Of a stretch of DNA of 64,000 nt, positions 9,753 to 19,048 are shown one piece after another. The position numbers and the translations under genes were made by a program. This stretch comes from an uncultured Thermoplasmata archaeon. Its GTDB lineage: Archaea > Thermoplasmatota > Thermoplasmata > UBA10834. Each line of letters opens with the position of its first letter. Position 1 is the stretch's first letter. The notes under the pieces are model-generated. The model was not told where the DNA came from. It made no database searches and saw nothing but the letters and a program-made list of their open reading frames with translations. Location: positions 1-64,000 of the forward strand of contig CAVRDX010000001.1 of assembly GCA_963719945.1 (NCBI GenBank). Direction: 5' to 3'.

Positions 9753-10757
9753 TCACACTCCCTGTTTTGATTCAAGTGATACAAAAGTGACCTGCGGCGC
9801 CTCCGACAGCTTCATTCCGATGTCCCTCACGGGTTCCCTGAGCCTTATCAGGCGCTTCGAGGGCCCCGGAACGGAACCGTGCAGTAGCAGGTAAGAGTTG
9901 GACACGTTCCCATAGTGGAGGAATCCTCCCCTGGGAGTGATCTCCTCGCCCTTCTCGCCGATCTTGAGTATGCGCTTGTTGAGTTCTGTCCTCTGGTGGA
10001 ACCCTCTCTGCCCACCCTGTGGGACAGTCGGGCTGACATAGTTCGGTCTCTTGTGACCGAGGGTACCGATGAGCCTCCTGTGCTTGCTGTTCTTGTGCAT
10101 GAGTAGCTTGGTGCCCCAACGCTTGGTCACACCCTGCCATCCTCTGCCCTTGGTGACGGACGCGACATCCACCATCTCGCCATCCTTCGCAAAATCATTG
10201 ATCGTGACCGGCTTGCCGAGGATATCCTTGGCGTACTTCATCCTGTCATCGAGCTTCGCCCCGCCGATCCTGACTTCCATCATCTCGGGCCTCTTCTTAG
10301 GCAGCCCGCTCACAAGCACCGGCTGGGTGTACATGATCGCGCGTATATCGTCATATTCTAGCTTCTCGGTCTTCTTCCAGGCGGATTCCTCATCGTAATC
10401 CTTTGGAACCGGGAACTTCCTCGAGAGTTCCTTGTCCAGCTTCTTCGCCCAGACCTCTCCAACGACCTTCTTGCCGTAGGCAGTTTCAGCGTAGAATCGT
10501 ATTCCGCAGACCTTCATAGGTGGAACTTCGAGCACCGTCACAGGGATCTGTATCTCCTGTCCGGCTGTCGTGCTCCTGGGCCTGTAATCCACGACGAACG
10601 CGTGGGTCATGCCCGCCTTGTAGCCTGCAAACCCCTGCAGCTTCGCGCCATCTCCATCGGACTCTGGCCACGTGGAGACTCTGGCGGTTATGCTCTTGGC
10701 TCTCTTCCTGGGAGAATATCCCATTGAGCCCTGTCTTGGCCTCCTTCTGGTTGGCAT
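9753..10757 (-). CDS. rpl3: 50S ribosomal protein L3
   Basis: GSMGYSPRKRA, GFAGYKAGMTH, GFHQRTELNKR. Confidence 0.98.
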   Translation of the reverse strand: MPTRRRPRQGSMGYSPRKRAKSITARVSTWPESDGDGAKLQGFAGYKAGMTHAFVVDYRPRSTTAGQEIQIPVTVLEVPPMKVCGIRFYAETAYGKKVVGEVWAKKLDKELSRKFPVPKDYDEESAWKKTEKLEYDDIRAIMYTQPVLVSGLPKKRPEMMEVRIGGAKLDDRMKYAKDILGKPVTINDFAKDGEMVDVASVTKGRGWQGVTKRWGTKLLMHKNSKHRRLIGTLGHKRPNYVSPTVPQGGQRGFHQRTELNKRILKIGEKGEEITPRGGFLHYGNVSNSYLLLHGSVPGPSKRLIRLREPVRDIGMKLSEAPQVTFVSLESKQGV

Positions 10758-10977
10758 TTACTATCCCTCTTTTTGAAGCGATAGACCTGGCTGAACAAAC
10801 TCGAACAGTTCGAGCACACAGTCCGAGGCATCACTTCTCGGCCGTGACGCCTCGTGCACGCCTGAAAATTTGTTCTGGCGCGAGTGATGGGTTGCTCATT
10901 AGGCATTGCCCAAACGGCGTCTGGCCGATACCGCCTCAGGTATCGCAATGTGGCGAATGGGGTACTTATATATAAAT
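10758..10977 (-). promoter_or_regulatory. Promoter and structured ~190-nt 5' leader of the ribosomal protein operon
   Basis: TATA box TTTATATA (minus, 10969-10976); hairpins at 10926-10945, 10824-10854 and 10800-10814; GAGGG SD-like site before the rpl3 ATG. Confidence 0.65.
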
Positions 10978-11004
10978 CTAGCAGGTGTCTGCGAGGGATG
11001 TTGG

Positions 11005-11331
11005 CTATGCGCCGCCCTGCTTGACTTTCTTCTGGGCGCGCTTGCCGCGTTCCTTCGCGTTCAATCCCGTGACGTTCTCGAGGAACGTGTTGTACGCCTT
11101 GATCGTCTTCTGAGCGGTCTCGTCGTCCACGGTCGGATCCATCTTGGTCTCGACGCACAGAGACTTCTTCGACTCGCCTGGCCATGCAGACACTTCCTTG
11201 AGCGCACCGAAAGATGCGAAGAGCTTCCCGTCCTTCTCGATGACGTTCCCGAAGCTCTCCTTCATCGTCGTCTTCAGGTTGTCGGCCTTGACATTGTCGT
11301 ACTTCCCTCTCTTGACCTCGTACTCGTTCAT
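11005..11331 (-). CDS. Conserved small archaeal protein (DUF5611-like)
   Basis: MNEYEVKRG...YNTFLENVTGLNAKERGK; family recalled, not searched. Confidence 0.7.
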   Translation of the reverse strand: MNEYEVKRGKYDNVKADNLKTTMKESFGNVIEKDGKLFASFGALKEVSAWPGESKKSLCVETKMDPTVDDETAQKTIKAYNTFLENVTGLNAKERGKRAQKKVKQGGA

Positions 11332-11478
11332 GCGGTCGTCACCTTGCTAGCCTCTAAGCTCGATGCGTCTTCAAAAAGCTTTGGTGGCTAGCCGATTCGT
11401 TGAATTCCTTCGCTCGAAATCATAATCTATTTATCACGATGCGTCGCTTCGAGCAATTGACTAGGCTGGGTTGTTTGG

Positions 11479-11496
11479 TCAGCGCATATGCGCTGA
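11479..11496. promoter_or_regulatory. Perfect 18-bp palindrome, candidate operator
   Basis: TCAGCGCATATGCGCTGA, 23 bp before the clostripain ATG. Confidence 0.45.
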
Positions 11497-11519
11497 ATAG
11501 AGGATCAATGGGGGAATCG

Positions 11520-12719
11520 ATGGTGGATAGGAGAATCAGCACTCTCATAGTGGTTATGGTTGCTCTGACCGTTTCTTGCACCGCTATACCTGCGTCTGGA
11601 CAGCCAGGGGCCAAGGACTGGACTCTGATGATTTATATGGATGCGGACAACAACCTGGAGGCCGTGGGTCTGTTATGCTTGGATCTTCTGGAGGATGTTG
11701 GCTCGAACGAGAAAGTCAACATCATCGTATTGTTGGACACCCTTTCCGGAGGATCAGACATTCTCTATGTCGAATCCGACAGCTCGATGGTGATCTCAGA
11801 TGATTACGATCTCCCTGAAGAGGTCGATATGTCCAATCCGAATACGCTGCAGATGTTCATTCGGATATGCGTGACGGACTTCAAGGCAGACAATTATGCG
11901 CTTGTCATTTGGAACCATGGCGGTGGTTGGCTCGGAATCTGCCAGGATGATACGACTTGGGATGAAACTGATATCTATGATCTCATAGACATGAATGACC
12001 TGAGAAGCGCATTCTCGGGGGCTCTGGAAGGCACCGGTGTTATCATTGATGTTGTGTTCTTCGAAGCATGCAACATGGCCATGGCTGAGGTTGCCTATCA
12101 GTTGAGGGATTATGTGGATTATATGGTGGCGAGTGAAGAGACCATCTTCATCCGCTATCCTCTGGACGATATTGCCAGGAGGTTGGCTGCCCCAAATCCA
12201 ATCACAAGTCTTGAATTAGCCCTCTACATCGCGGACGATTTCGCAGATTGGTTCACGGTAAACCATGGATATTCAGAATGGACGATTAGCGTATTCGATA
12301 TGCATTTCATCTATGATTTGAAAGTCTCTGTGAGTGCTTTTGCGGTCGAGATGCTCTGCTCGCTTGATGAATATGTGAATTCGATTCAGGGTGACATGTG
12401 CCAGGTGGAGCAGTATGAATACCCCTGCAATATTGATCTCAAAGCGTTTGCTGACTGCATTGCATCCGACGATATGATCGATGATACTGGTATCAAGGGC
12501 GCGGCCTCCATTATCTCTAATGTGATCGATGTTGGCGTATTGTCATCATATTGCTGTGCTGCCACGGTTGGCTCGAACGGTCTGGCCATATACTTGCCTT
12601 CGACTGCGACGAGTGGCGTGCATGTCATGAGCGCCAGGTATGCATCTGTACCGTTCGCGATGGACACTGGCTGGTACGCTTTCGTTTCTGCGTTCTCGGA
12701 GTACTACGGTGGAATATGA
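11520..12719 (+). CDS. Secreted clostripain-family (C11) cysteine peptidase
   Basis: Signal peptide; WTLMIYMDADNNLE, WNHGGGW (catalytic His), FEACNMA (catalytic Cys), VASEE. Confidence 0.88.
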   Translation: MVDRRISTLIVVMVALTVSCTAIPASGQPGAKDWTLMIYMDADNNLEAVGLLCLDLLEDVGSNEKVNIIVLLDTLSGGSDILYVESDSSMVISDDYDLPEEVDMSNPNTLQMFIRICVTDFKADNYALVIWNHGGGWLGICQDDTTWDETDIYDLIDMNDLRSAFSGALEGTGVIIDVVFFEACNMAMAEVAYQLRDYVDYMVASEETIFIRYPLDDIARRLAAPNPITSLELALYIADDFADWFTVNHGYSEWTISVFDMHFIYDLKVSVSAFAVEMLCSLDEYVNSIQGDMCQVEQYEYPCNIDLKAFADCIASDDMIDDTGIKGAASIISNVIDVGVLSSYCCAATVGSNGLAIYLPSTATSGVHVMSARYASVPFAMDTGWYAFVSAFSEYYGGI

Positions 12720-12812
12720 ACACCCTCATCATGTTGGGTGAACACGATTCGAATGCCAACCTGCCATCGAAAGTAAGTCTTCGAAGGACCATTGCCGCCA
12801 TAGAAGGATCAT

Positions 12813-13652
12813 GTGGATGAGATGAGCGAGAGGGAAGCGATAGAACGGACCCGTGGAACTCCACCTACTATCGATTCCATGGCGAGCGAAATGTCTGCGT
12901 TGGGCGTTGAGTCAGGCATGGTCCTGATGGTCCATTCCTCTCTGAGTTCTCTTGGATGGGTGTGCGGAGGTGCGGTTGCCGTCACCCTCGCGATGGAGAA
13001 TGCATTAGGTCCCAAGGGCACGCTGGTCATGCCGTCTATGGCCGGCGATCTATCTGATCCTGCAGACTGGCACAATCCTCCGGTTCCCGAGGCTTGGTGG
13101 CCCATCATCCGGGCAAACGCACCGGCGTTCGACCCAGAGATGACTCCTACCAGGAAGTTGGGGGCCATTCCTGAGTGCTTCTGGAAGCAGCCTGGAACCA
13201 TCCGCAGCAGCCATCCTAACGCCGCGTTCGCTGCCCGCGGTCCGAAGGCGCGGGCGATTGTGGACAACCACTCGCTCGACTTCTCGCACGGCGAAGACTC
13301 TCCCCTTGCTAGGATATACGATCTCGATGGCTGGGTCTTGCTGATAGGTGTCGACCATGATGTCAACACATCTCTTCACTTGGCGGAGTATCGCTCATCA
13401 CCCAAGAACCACAAGCTGGCAAAACGCGGCGCTCCCATGATTGTCGCAGGTCGTAGGGAATGGGCAAGTTACGACGACATCGAGCTTTCCGATGATGACT
13501 TCGTGGATATCGGGAAACGATTCGCCGATGAGACTGGTTTGGTACGCAGTGGATCCGTCGGATGCGCATCGTGTCGCCTGATGCCTCAAAGACAACTGGT
13601 TGATTTCGCCGTACGGTGGATGGACGAGAATCGCACCCGAAGAAACGTATGA
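12813..13652 (+). CDS. AAC(3)/YokD-family N-acetyltransferase
   Basis: VHSSLSSLGWVCGG, GTLVMP, RSSHP, NTSLHLAE. Confidence 0.9.
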   Translation: MDEMSEREAIERTRGTPPTIDSMASEMSALGVESGMVLMVHSSLSSLGWVCGGAVAVTLAMENALGPKGTLVMPSMAGDLSDPADWHNPPVPEAWWPIIRANAPAFDPEMTPTRKLGAIPECFWKQPGTIRSSHPNAAFAARGPKARAIVDNHSLDFSHGEDSPLARIYDLDGWVLLIGVDHDVNTSLHLAEYRSSPKNHKLAKRGAPMIVAGRREWASYDDIELSDDDFVDIGKRFADETGLVRSGSVGCASCRLMPQRQLVDFAVRWMDENRTRRNV

Positions 13653-13675
13653 ACGAGACCCCTGCCCGAGAGAAT

Positions 13676-14707
13676 TCATCCTCTGTGTTGCGGTCTGAAA
13701 AATCTCTGAAGATCGCAAGTCCCGCCAGTGACCAATCCTTCTATATCGAGGATCATGTTCCACATATCTTTGCAGCTGCAATCCTTGGAACCCAATCTTG
13801 ACCAATTCTGGGAGATGCTGAAATCCTTCAGACCATCTATGATTATCTGGTCACACTCACCACAGTTGTGCGCGCCCCTGATGCTGCCACCGCCGACCGG
13901 GTCGCACACGACCTTCGCGCCGAGGTCCTTGCTCTCCCTCACGACCTGAAGGACGCTCCACAGCCATGGCGGTCGGTAGGCCCAGTTCCTCCACAGCTTA
14001 TCGACGACCGTCCCCTTTTGGACATTCACCGCGTTTATCGATATCGTGGCGCTGGTCTTGGCTGCATGCTTGACTGTCGCGACCGCATCCGCGATCGCCT
14101 CTGCCTCTGTCAGGAATGGGGGCTTTATCAGCACATAGGACCGCAGGTCCACCTTGCGCTCTTTCAGAACGACAGCTGCTCTGTCATAGTCCGCCACGGT
14201 GAACCCTTTGTTGATCGAGTATTTCAGAACCCTGTCGTTCGCGCTCTCGAAGCCTATGGCGATCTCCAGGTCCTCATGCACGTGCAGGATCTCATCGACG
14301 CGCTCACCGGTGACATATTCTGGGCGTGACTCCACGAGGAGCCTCATCCCTCTGGACGAACACTCCTCCAGGACCCTCTTCGCCGCCTCCTCTGGCACCT
14401 CTGTCTTGTCGAGGAACGATCCCGAGGTATAGACCTTGAGGACCTGAACATCTCCTATGCCTGGGAGGGCTCGTTCGAACTGCTTCACGATGTGCTCGGC
14501 GGAGATACCTTTCTTCGATTCGGTGTTGTATCCGCACATGGAGCAGCCACCGTTGTGGAAATGGCTGCAACCGCCTGTCCGGAGGATCATGACACCCGCA
14601 TCGAGCAGCTTGCCGTCCAGGAACTCCTTCTCCTTCCAGACGGCCACGGCACTTCCCTCGTCCTTTCTTCGAGGACGCCGGCCATTGTCCCTCTCATATG
14701 CTGTCAT
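13676..14707 (-). CDS. Archaeosine biosynthesis radical SAM protein RaSEA
   Basis: ILRTGGC-x6-GCSMCGY, YTSGSFLD, KPPFLTE, YRPPWLWS, RGAHNC. Confidence 0.9.
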   Translation of the reverse strand: MTAYERDNGRRPRRKDEGSAVAVWKEKEFLDGKLLDAGVMILRTGGCSHFHNGGCSMCGYNTESKKGISAEHIVKQFERALPGIGDVQVLKVYTSGSFLDKTEVPEEAAKRVLEECSSRGMRLLVESRPEYVTGERVDEILHVHEDLEIAIGFESANDRVLKYSINKGFTVADYDRAAVVLKERKVDLRSYVLIKPPFLTEAEAIADAVATVKHAAKTSATISINAVNVQKGTVVDKLWRNWAYRPPWLWSVLQVVRESKDLGAKVVCDPVGGGSIRGAHNCGECDQIIIDGLKDFSISQNWSRLGSKDCSCKDMWNMILDIEGLVTGGTCDLQRFFRPQHRG

Positions 14708-14741
14708 TCGATCGCGCCGTGGTGTGATGTAGAGAATATGC

Positions 14742-14906
14742 TCAGAGGTCGTATGGCTTCAGGGTCTTGCGCCCGTTCCTCTTGGCCCTTCTCGCAGCGC
14801 GCTCAATCATCTCGTGGACCTCGCGGTCCAGCTCGCAATAGAATTCTTCCGAGATCCTGAGTCGGTCGCCGACAGCATCCTTCACGTCTGATACTTTGAT
14901 TATCAT
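14742..14906 (-). CDS. Short histone-fold protein (DUF1931/face-to-face-histone-like)
   Basis: 54 aa MIIKVSDVKDAVGDRLRISEEFYCELDREVHEMIERAARRAKRNGRKTLKPYDL; histone loop2-alpha3 motif GRKT-x4-DL. Confidence 0.75.
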   Translation of the reverse strand: MIIKVSDVKDAVGDRLRISEEFYCELDREVHEMIERAARRAKRNGRKTLKPYDL

Positions 14907-15063
14907 TTTTCCGTTCCGAAGACTAGAAACAGGCATCTTCTCTCCCCTCAATATGGCCCCGGCAGGGAGATATTGCTAATGCGTGCTCTGTTCTTAACTC
15001 TTTTCGGTCTAGCCTCCGCAAAGCTTTTCCACGGGTCCGATTCTTCACTGTCGAGGCACTAGG

Positions 15064-16107
15064 ATGGACATCGACGCGAAAGTGGAGCTCGCAACCAGGA
15101 ACGCACTCGAAGTGGTCACGGAGGGTGAGCTCAGGACACTTTTCGAGACGAAGCAGACACCGACCGCGTACATTGGCTACGAGCCGAGCGGTTTCGTGCA
15201 TGTCGGCCAGGCGATAACTGCGACCAAGATCGCGGAGCTCCAGAAGGCAGGCGTCGAAGTGACCATGTTCCTGGCTGACTGGCACGCCATGATAAACGAC
15301 AAGCTCGGTGCAGATATCGAGAACATCCGCATGTGCGGCGAGTACATGCGAGAGAGTTTCATCGCGCTCGGCATCCGGGAAGATACGAAGTTCGTATGGG
15401 CGAACGACCTGGTCAACCGGGCCGAGTACTGGGAGAAATTCATACGTATATGCAAGGCGAGCTCGTTGATGAGGATCAAGCGGGCGATGACCATCATGGG
15501 CAGGACTGAGGACGAAGCTGAGATAGATGCCTCCAAGGTGATGTACCCTCCCATGCAGGTCGCGGACATATTCGAATTGGATGTCGATATCGCGCTTGCT
15601 GGCATGGATCAGAGAAGGGCGCATATGCTGGCCAGGGACGTCGCCGAGAAGCTCGGTTGGAGGAAACCGATCGCGTTGCACACACCACTCCTTATGAGCC
15701 TGGTGGGCGGAGGCCGCATGGACCCTGTCGAGGCGAAGATGTCGAAGAGCGACCCGAACAGCGCGATATTCTTACACGATACACCCGAGGACATACACCG
15801 CAAGATGAAGAGCGCGTTCTGCCCGCCCGAGGCGGAGAACAACCCTGTGTTGGAAGTCATGAGGTTGATAGTCTTCCCGAAGCTGGGCAGCGTCACAATC
15901 GAGCGACCCGCGAAATTCGGAGGGCCGACCACGTTCAGCAGCTACCAGGAGATCCATTCTACATACGAGTCGAAGAGTCTGCACCCGATGGACCTAAAGA
16001 AGGGCGCCGCAGATTCCCTCGCTACGGTCCTGGCTCCTGTCAGAGAGTATTTCTCGAAGAACCCGAAGAACCTCGACAGGCTGAAGAACATCTCAATCAC
16101 GAGATGA
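15064..16107 (+). CDS. tyrS: Tyrosine--tRNA ligase
   Basis: YIGYEPSG, HVGQ, YPPMQVAD, GMDQRRAH, KMSKS. Confidence 0.96.
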   Translation: MDIDAKVELATRNALEVVTEGELRTLFETKQTPTAYIGYEPSGFVHVGQAITATKIAELQKAGVEVTMFLADWHAMINDKLGADIENIRMCGEYMRESFIALGIREDTKFVWANDLVNRAEYWEKFIRICKASSLMRIKRAMTIMGRTEDEAEIDASKVMYPPMQVADIFELDVDIALAGMDQRRAHMLARDVAEKLGWRKPIALHTPLLMSLVGGGRMDPVEAKMSKSDPNSAIFLHDTPEDIHRKMKSAFCPPEAENNPVLEVMRLIVFPKLGSVTIERPAKFGGPTTFSSYQEIHSTYESKSLHPMDLKKGAADSLATVLAPVREYFSKNPKNLDRLKNISITR

Positions 16108-17046
16108 GTCCAGGTTCCTCAACAGCTTCATGGCGTTGTCGACCGATATGTTCAGGATGGCCTCTACATCGCCCATGCCCGTTATGCCTGCCGCTCCTGG
16201 ATGACCCCCGCCGCCGTTAGTGGTCTCCGTCCCGACACCTCCGAGCAGCTTGCCCAGGTGCACTCCGCTCCTCACCATTGCCTGCGTGGCTCTCGCACTT
16301 ATCCTGAACATGTTGCCTCTCTGCGAACCAACGAACACTATGTCCGCTCCGAGGCCGAGGAGCGCCTTGCAGACGGAAGCTTCGAAAGCGCTCCCTTGAG
16401 AGGCTGCGATGATCTTGTCTCCGACCTTCCAGTACTTCAATCTCTGAGCTCCTCTGAGCTGCGATATCTTCTCGGAAGTGTCGACGTCTATCGAGACCAG
16501 CCCAGTGGCCTCGTCTATCTGGATGCCATTCTGTTCCATGAGCTCAGAGAACACACGCAGAGTGGCTGGCTTGGCGAACTTGAACATGCCCGTGTCGGTT
16601 ATTATCCCTGCCATGAGGGCCAACGCGACCTCTCGCGTCATCTTCATGCCTGCCAGCTTCGCCAGCTCGTACACAATCTCGGAGCACGAGCTCTTGCCAT
16701 CATCACAATAGTAGTACATCGCCTCGGACCATCTGTCGCTCCTTGCATGATGGTCTATCACGATCGCTCCCTCGAGGTCGATCCCTTCCGGGAGCTGTTC
16801 TGGTCCAGAGGTGTCAAGAACCAGGAGCCTGCCGGGAGGCTCGTCGGGGCCGTCGACGGTCTCGATTCCGAGAGTCTTCGTCATCACCTTCGCCATCCGG
16901 TCTATCCCTCCTGGGGTCCAGATGACGACATCGGGGAACGCGGACTGCACGACGAACGCACTCGCGATAGCATCTGGGTCGGCGTTTCCGTGCAGGACGG
17001 CCTTCGTCGGCCCTTTCGACAATTCCTTCACTATGCTGGAAAGCAA
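16093..17046 (-). CDS. DHH-family phosphoesterase
   Basis: HGNADPDA, IDHH, GGGH. Confidence 0.9.
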   Translation of the reverse strand: MLSSIVKELSKGPTKAVLHGNADPDAIASAFVVQSAFPDVVIWTPGGIDRMAKVMTKTLGIETVDGPDEPPGRLLVLDTSGPEQLPEGIDLEGAIVIDHHARSDRWSEAMYYYCDDGKSSCSEIVYELAKLAGMKMTREVALALMAGIITDTGMFKFAKPATLRVFSELMEQNGIQIDEATGLVSIDVDTSEKISQLRGAQRLKYWKVGDKIIAASQGSAFEASVCKALLGLGADIVFVGSQRGNMFRISARATQAMVRSGVHLGKLLGGVGTETTNGGGGHPGAAGITGMGDVEAILNISVDNAMKLLRNLDSSRD

Positions 17047-17150
17047 GTATCTCAGGGCTGAATGATGCCCGATGATAAAATAGATGCCTAAAAGACCGTT
17101 CGTCCTGGTCAGAATACGAGTTAAAGGGTTTATCGTTTCATTCGGTCCGA

Positions 17151-17534
17151 TCAGTTTTCTTCTGATTCATCGGACTTCTGTGCGGGACCGCCCTGGAGCG
17201 CCTGGGTGATCTGCTGCTGGAGTGTCTGGTGCCTCTCCCTCAGATGCTTGTCCTGCCTCTCAAGGGTCTTCACGCGCACCTCTACAGTCTCCTTCTGGTC
17301 CTTCAGCTCGGTCACGAGCCCTGTCCTGTCCTTGTTCTGGACCAGGAGCGTCCCGACGTTCTTGAACACCGCCGCATCCTCAGAGGCCCTCTCGAGCTCC
17401 TGGACCGTCCTTTCCAGCTCCTTGGCCTGCGCCTCTAGCTGGATCTTCTGTGTGGTGACCATCTGTATCTGCTGCGTGAGCTGTTGGAACTGCGCGATCT
17501 GGTTCTGAACTTTCGGTGGGATGTTATCCATCAT
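17151..17534 (-). CDS. pfdB: Prefoldin beta subunit
   Basis: IPPKVQNQIAQFQQ, VFKNVGTLLV, coiled coils. Confidence 0.93.
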   Translation of the reverse strand: MMDNIPPKVQNQIAQFQQLTQQIQMVTTQKIQLEAQAKELERTVQELERASEDAAVFKNVGTLLVQNKDRTGLVTELKDQKETVEVRVKTLERQDKHLRERHQTLQQQITQALQGGPAQKSDESEEN

Positions 17535-17773
17535 CTGCTTGCCTCCTTTGCCGTTTCCTCTGCCACATTGGCCCATCTGATATATGAGTTGAGGGCCGCT
17601 CTCAGCGATGTGATGTCGTCCGCCTGTACGCGAATCGTCACCTCTCCCTCTCCTCCGAGCACATCGACCTTCGTCCGCGGGATGCTCTCCGACATCTCCG
17701 GAGACAATGCACGCACGACCACGTCGGCGTGCGCGGTCTTGAAGGTCAATTCCGCTCTGTTGGTCAAGTTCAT
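17531..17773 (-). CDS. pcc1: KEOPS complex subunit Pcc1
   Basis: ADDITSLRAALNSYIRW; conserved position. Confidence 0.9.
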   Translation of the reverse strand: MNLTNRAELTFKTAHADVVVRALSPEMSESIPRTKVDVLGGEGEVTIRVQADDITSLRAALNSYIRWANVAEETAKEASR

Positions 17774-17904
17774 CTGCCCTTGACCGACTTGCGCACGTTA
17801 GGTCTCTCCTTGTAGAACACCTTGGATCCACACTTCTCGCATTGAAGTCCCACGGTGTTCATGCCGGACCTGACGGGCTCTTTGCATCTCGAGCATTTGT
17901 ACAT
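17770..17904 (-). CDS. rpoP: RNA polymerase subunit P (Rpo12)
   Basis: Not in the ORF track (44 aa): MYKCSRCKEPVRSGMNTVGLQCEKCGSKVFYKERPNVRKSVKGR. Confidence 0.93.
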   Translation of the reverse strand: MYKCSRCKEPVRSGMNTVGLQCEKCGSKVFYKERPNVRKSVKGR

Positions 17905-17912
17905 TCGTCCAT

Positions 17913-18266
17913 CTACTCCTTATCCAAGGTCTCTTCCGACCTCTCTTCTTCGCTGAGCATCTCGTTCTCCTCGACTGAGGAAGCGGCGGCCGCCCTGGCT
18001 CTGGCCTCCGCGAGCACATCTGTCACTTCACGCTTGACCGCGACGGGCTGGGTCAGCACATACGAACTGCTCGCTATCGATACGCCACAGTGTCTGCATT
18101 TCCAGATACCGTTCGCCTCTCTCTTGACAGACTTCGCCCTGCACTTGGGGCATTCGTGCCACTTCTTGCTCAGCTTCTCTATATCGGCTATGCGTTTCCT
18201 GATCCTGACGCCGTATCTCGGGCCCAGCCGCCCAGCCGAGCCAACCTTCTTGGTTCTTCTGGCCAT
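17913..18266 (-). CDS. rpl37ae: 50S ribosomal protein L37ae with acidic C-terminal tail
   Basis: RTKKVGSAGRLGPRYG, CPKC...GIWKCRHC. Confidence 0.95.
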   Translation of the reverse strand: MARRTKKVGSAGRLGPRYGVRIRKRIADIEKLSKKWHECPKCRAKSVKREANGIWKCRHCGVSIASSSYVLTQPVAVKREVTDVLAEARARAAAASSVEENEMLSEEERSEETLDKE

Positions 18267-18271
18267 GGTCA

Positions 18272-19048
18272 TCACCCGGAGAGCTGGGCGCGCACCTCAG
18301 CGCCTCGCTTCCTAGACATCTCGATTATCTTGAAGACTTCGTCCACCTTGAGCGAACCATCGCCGCCCTTCTGCATGGCGCATATGTTGCCGTTCTCCAA
18401 GGTCGCGACCGTGAGCCTGGCATCTGCGACCCGTTCCTCATCGTGGGTCGGGTCTATGAGCAGGTGCTCGCCTATCTTGACCGCGGTTATTGAGATTGGT
18501 TCATGGGAGATCGGCATCGGATAATCCTCTCCCTTGCCTGCCCTTGCCGCCGGCACGACCGCAGACTTCAGTGCGGCCAAGGCCCCTATGTTGCCCGCGT
18601 CGAACAAGTTGCCATCGAAGTCGAGTGCATGGACGTCCAGGAACATTATCCAGACCTCCTTCCCAGCCTCGATGCAGAGCTTCTTCATGTCGACCGCGTG
18701 GCCTTCCCTGATGCCTCTGTCGATCACACGGGACACCTCGATGGATTCCTGGTCCGGTGGACCGGATTCGAATGTCTCGCTTGCCAATGGAATGAGCTCT
18801 GCGTTCGTGGTCATCACGCCGGAGTTGGGCGTATCCGGGAACGGCGAGCCTACCATCATCTTGATTCCGACCAGCACGTCCGTGTTACCCAGCCGGACCC
18901 TTGCGGATCCTTCTGCGGATAATACGTAGTTTGTCTCAACAGTGAGCGGGCGCATCTCGTCGAAGGCTCTCCCATCGACCCTTGTGCCCTTGGATAACAG
19001 CTGTACTATGTGGTCCTTCTTCAGGTCGGCCATTACATCCTTGCTCAT
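18272..19048 (-). CDS. rrp42: Exosome complex component Rrp42
   Basis: RVDGR, AEGSARVRLG, SRVIDRGIRE, DGNLFDA. Confidence 0.95.
   Translation of the reverse strand: MSKDVMADLKKDHIVQLLSKGTRVDGRAFDEMRPLTVETNYVLSAEGSARVRLGNTDVLVGIKMMVGSPFPDTPNSGVMTTNAELIPLASETFESGPPDQESIEVSRVIDRGIREGHAVDMKKLCIEAGKEVWIMFLDVHALDFDGNLFDAGNIGALAALKSAVVPAARAGKGEDYPMPISHEPISITAVKIGEHLLIDPTHDEERVADARLTVATLENGNICAMQKGGDGSLKVDEVFKIIEMSRKRGAEVRAQLSG

Noticed and set aside
10951-10959. TGGCGAATG in the rpl3 promoter matches part of the predicted TnpB guide
   Set aside because: Only a 9-nt match with no TTTC-like motif next to it; expected by chance in 64 kb.
17535-17831. N-terminally extended 226-aa prefoldin beta from the ORF track
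   Set aside because: The extension overlaps pcc1 and rpoP in other frames; the real start is at 17534 after a GGAGG site.
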